A stretch of DNA of 64,000 bases from Cenarchaeum sp. (GTDB taxonomy: Archaea > Thermoproteota > Nitrososphaeria > Nitrososphaerales > Nitrosopumilaceae). Made by a program: the position numbers and the translations under genes. Positions 61,166 to 64,000 of this stretch are shown piece after piece (position 1 is the stretch's first letter; the number at the start of each line of letters is the position of its first letter). The stretch lies in NCBI GenBank assembly GCA_965212015.1, contig OZ243037.1, forward strand, positions 1 through 64,000. Direction: 5' to 3'. Under the pieces are notes generated by a model that was not told the DNA's origin, did no database searches, and saw only the letters and a program-made list of their open reading frames with translations.

Positions 61166-61648
61166 CTATTGGAGCTTTTCGTCCCACTTGCCGTCGTTGA
61201 TCTCGGAGGTCATCTCCTTTGGGGTCTTTCCCTCTATCTTTATTCCAAGCGAGCCGCACGTTCCGACGATGATTTTTGCAAGCGACTTGATTGACGAGGC
61301 GTACGACGACTCTATCTTTGTGTTTGCGACTTTGAGGATGGAGTCCATCTTTATGTCCGCGACCCATTCGGTGCCAGACGTGCTGGAGCCCTTTGAAATC
61401 CCCGCCTCCTTGAGGATGAGCGACGATGCGGACGGAATTCCCACGCTGATCTCGTACTTTTTGGTCTCAGTATCCACCGTGATGGTGACGGGAACCTTCA
61501 TCCCCTCAAAGTCCTTTGTCCTCTCGTTGATGGTATTGATTACCTCCATAATGTTCACGCCAAGCGGGCCGAGTGCCGGTCCGAGCGGCGGGCCTGCGGA
61601 GGCCTTGCCACCGGTCACCAATGCAGAGATTTTCTGTGATTCGCCCAT
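61166..61648 (-). CDS. rpl11: 50S ribosomal protein L11
   Basis: GGKA..GPPLGPALGPLG.N, IN..T.DF.GM.VPV, GTC.SLG. Confidence 0.97.
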   Translation of the reverse strand: MGESQKISALVTGGKASAGPPLGPALGPLGVNIMEVINTINERTKDFEGMKVPVTITVDTETKKYEISVGIPSASSLILKEAGISKGSSTSGTEWVADIKMDSILKVANTKIESSYASSIKSLAKIIVGTCGSLGIKIEGKTPKEMTSEINDGKWDEKLQ

Positions 61649-61682
61649 GATTTTTTACCATACAATGAAAATTTAACCCTTC

Positions 61683-62141
61683 CTAAGTGGTCGGGACTAT
61701 CTTGAGATAGTTCGCATCCACCGTGACTGGAAGCTGGTATGCCGCGTCTAGCAGCACGACTGTCGCCTCCTCCTTGTCGTGATCAACCCTGGTGATCGTG
61801 GCCTTCATTCCCTTAAACGGCCCGCCGGTAATCTCCACTGTCTGATCCACGGCAAGCGCAGTGACTGTCGACTTTTTTATGAGGTATCCCTCGATGTCCT
61901 TGAACTCTAGCTCGCCGCGAAGCTGGCCCCTGATGTGCCTTACCCCCTCCACTGCGTGATAGGCAGCACTGGGGTCTATTGCCTCTACCACCACGTATCC
62001 CTTTAGGTTGTCCACTAGCAGCACGGACTGGATGTTGATCTTGTTCATCTTTGCCCTGGTCTGCAGGATGTTCATTACCATCTTTTCCTGCCCCCCCGTG
62101 GTCCTGATGGCAAAAAGGTGTGATTTTATCTCCTCTGACAA
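61683..62141 (-). CDS. spt5: transcription elongation factor Spt5
   Basis: FAIRTT.GQE NGN domain, LKGY..VE, KOW VEI.GGPFKG. Confidence 0.96.
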   Translation of the reverse strand: MSEEIKSHLFAIRTTGGQEKMVMNILQTRAKMNKINIQSVLLVDNLKGYVVVEAIDPSAAYHAVEGVRHIRGQLRGELEFKDIEGYLIKKSTVTALAVDQTVEITGGPFKGMKATITRVDHDKEEATVVLLDAAYQLPVTVDANYLKIVPTT

Positions 62142-62142
62142 T

Positions 62143-62316
62143 TTAATTACCAAACGTAGCTACTGAGAAAACGAACTGAATTATAAACCCAATCGCCCCG
62201 ACTCCGCCGATGCCTAGCAGCACCAGCCTCAAATGCTGCATATAGTCGTCCTTGTCGGATTTTTTGGCCATTTTCATGGTGTTTACCATGTTTTTGAGGG
62301 TCTGCTTTGGATTCAA
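62143..62316 (-). CDS. secE: protein translocase SecE/Sec61-gamma
   Basis: Manual translation MNPKQTLKNMVNTMKMAKKSDKDDY...GIGGVGAIGFII...; canonical secE-spt5-rpl11 order. Confidence 0.9.
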   Translation of the reverse strand: MNPKQTLKNMVNTMKMAKKSDKDDYMQHLRLVLLGIGGVGAIGFIIQFVFSVATFGN

Positions 62317-62355
62317 TGCTGGAGATTAATATGGCGTCCTTATATCCTTTATCTC

Positions 62356-63132
62356 GTGGATCTGCTCGTTGCCTATCGGGACGACCCTGCGGGATTCAAC
62401 ATGGCAAAATTCCTCGCGCGGGACATGGAAAAAAAGGGCAATGTCTTTTGCGGCGACTATTTCGACCTGCTGATAACCGACACGCCGGTGATATCTGCCG
62501 ACTGGCTGGGGGAGAAACACCGGTATGACGGCTATGTCTTTCTCTCAAAGCACGCAGCCGAGTCCGGAACGCTTGCCCTCACCTGCCACAGCACGGGAAA
62601 CTTTTCAGACGCCCGGTTCGGGGGGAGCGCCAGGCAGGTGGCCGTCCCGCATCCGGACCTGCAAAAGCTGTACATGCAAAGGCTCTGGAAGAACAGGGGC
62701 GATTTTGCCGGCTTTGAAATCACGATAGAGGCCACGCATCATGGTCCCACGTCGCTCTCAAGGCCGGTTATCTTTGTAGAGATTGGAACGGGGCCAGAGC
62801 AGTGGGAGAATATTACACTGTGCGAGTCAGTGGCCGCCCTGGTCCTTGAGACCATGAAGGAGAGGACAGAGACGCACCCGTTTGCCATATGCCTTGGCGG
62901 GACGCACTATCCGGCAAAGTTTACACAGATGCTTTTGGAGGGGGAATACGCGCTGGGAACCGTAGTGCCGAGGCGCGCGCTGGGTTTTCTTGACTGTGAT
63001 CTTTTCGGGCACATACTGCAGAGAAACTTTGGCGCAACTGCGGCGCTGGTAGACGAGGGGGGCCTCGGCCCTGAGAGACAAAGAATTTTTAAGCTATTGT
63101 CCGGCACGGATCTCGAGGTGATTTGCGTATGA
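62356..63132 (+). CDS. dtdA: archaeal D-aminoacyl-tRNA deacylase (DTD2)
   Basis: D.AG.N, FLSKH......LT.H.TGN, EATHHGP, FVEIG...W, GGTHY. Confidence 0.93.
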   Translation: MDLLVAYRDDPAGFNMAKFLARDMEKKGNVFCGDYFDLLITDTPVISADWLGEKHRYDGYVFLSKHAAESGTLALTCHSTGNFSDARFGGSARQVAVPHPDLQKLYMQRLWKNRGDFAGFEITIEATHHGPTSLSRPVIFVEIGTGPEQWENITLCESVAALVLETMKERTETHPFAICLGGTHYPAKFTQMLLEGEYALGTVVPRRALGFLDCDLFGHILQRNFGATAALVDEGGLGPERQRIFKLLSGTDLEVICV

Positions 63133-63428
63133 GCCCCGCAGAGAAGGTCTACAAAAAGCTCTGCTGCGTCCCGAGGGGGCGCGTCACGACATACAAAAGG
63201 CTGGCAGAGGCGGCCGGACTCAAAAACGGGCAGCGCGCAGTGGGGAGGATAATGAGGGACAATCCGTATCCCGGTATAGTCCCGTGCCACAGGGTGGTAA
63301 GATCCGACGGGGGAATCGGAGGATATGCGTACGGCGAAAAATCAAAGGCCCGCATGCTGGCAAAAGAGGGCGTGAGCGTGCGGGACGGCAGGATAGATGG
63401 CTTTGCCAGGCGCATCCATGCGTTCTAG
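63129..63428 (+). CDS. ogt: O6-alkylguanine-DNA alkyltransferase (MGMT C-terminal domain only)
   Basis: P.G.VTTY, RAVG..M..NP, PCHRVV, GGY, K..ML..EG. Confidence 0.9.
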   Translation: MSPAEKVYKKLCCVPRGRVTTYKRLAEAAGLKNGQRAVGRIMRDNPYPGIVPCHRVVRSDGGIGGYAYGEKSKARMLAKEGVSVRDGRIDGFARRIHAF

Positions 63429-63871
63429 GTCTTTTTTATGTCGTCGATTAGCAGGCGGAGGTGCGCCTTGTTTCTTACGGTGTTTCCGCCGACTTTTTTG
63501 TACAGCTCCCAGAACTGCGGGTTGGTAATGTCCTTTCTGTCCTTTGCCACCCCCAGCAGGTATCTCAGTGCGCGGACCTTTCGGACATAGACCTGCTTTT
63601 TGCCAACGCGAGCGCCGGATCTTCCGTGCTTGGAGCCTGCCTTTGTGCCGCGCTTTGCCTTTTGAAGCTTTTTGTGCTGCGCCCTTCCGCGCGAGGTGCC
63701 CACTATGGGCTTTATCTTTATGGTGTTTGCAGTAATCAGGCTCCTAATGTTCTGCCTGGTGATTGCGTCCTCGATGTCGCCGAGGTGCTCCGAATCAAAG
63801 TGAATCCGGTGCACGCCGGCGCCGGTAATCCTCGAGACGAGCCTTTTTTTCGCCCTGAGATTAACTACCAC
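63425..63871 (-). CDS. rpl19e: 50S ribosomal protein L19e
   Basis: KRL...G..RI, AITR..IR.LI, SRGR, GS..G..GAR, Y.K..G. Confidence 0.95.
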   Translation of the reverse strand: MVVNLRAKKRLVSRITGAGVHRIHFDSEHLGDIEDAITRQNIRSLITANTIKIKPIVGTSRGRAQHKKLQKAKRGTKAGSKHGRSGARVGKKQVYVRKVRALRYLLGVAKDRKDITNPQFWELYKKVGGNTVRNKAHLRLLIDDIKKT

Positions 63872-64000
63872 TTGCCGTCACCCTCGCATTGAAGATTTTG
63901 AATTTTTTTTCCATGGCGGCTGCAGTTATCACCCTTCTCTTTTTTGTCCCGACACCGTGGCCGATTCTTACGCCGTCTGATTTCGGATTCAGGCCTGCCA
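63861..64000 (-). CDS. rpl32e: 50S ribosomal protein L32e, 3' end
   Basis: Manual translation ...LNPKSDGVRIGHGVGTKKRRVI..A.EKKFKIFN; precedes rpl19e. Confidence 0.9.
   Translation of the reverse strand, partial: AGLNPKSDGVRIGHGVGTKKRRVITAAAMEKKFKIFNARVTASGS

Noticed and set aside
34983-63428. DNA-repair gene enrichment (uvrBAC, udg, mpg, ogt) as a special island
   Set aside because: These are standard thaumarchaeal genes interspersed with housekeeping genes over ~28 kb

Overview
Archaeal chromosome segment of a Nitrosopumilaceae-type ammonia-oxidising archaeon (Nitrososphaerota/Thaumarchaeota). Evidence for this: aEF-2, rpS8e, rpL11/L19e/L32e, Spt5, SecE, Rpp21, PurP, an intron-containing tRNA-Tyr with C1:G72, and uvrBAC. 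The GC-rich core, the serpin remnant and the giant surface protein suggest a Cenarchaeum-like host-associated lineage (inference). Most of the window is housekeeping: pur genes, tat, K+ and metal transport, DNA repair, translation. The main accessory region (about 23.7-33.4 kb, visibly AT-richer) holds a ~1,600-aa secreted HExxH metalloprotease/HYR surface protein split by an IS5-family element. It also holds a secreted protein with propeptide/I9-inhibitor-like domains between two ~650-bp direct repeats, an orphan C-terminal cassette and a truncated serpin. Related palindromic repeats in inverted orientation lie at 20.8 and 33.1 kb. Other notable items are an HNH nuclease plus MazG-like two-gene cassette, a DsbA/MXKDX-repeat/Cache fusion, a shared two-Cys SPKQQ...RGW module on three secreted proteins, and a decayed IS903-like element next to a dispersed ~50-bp repeat.
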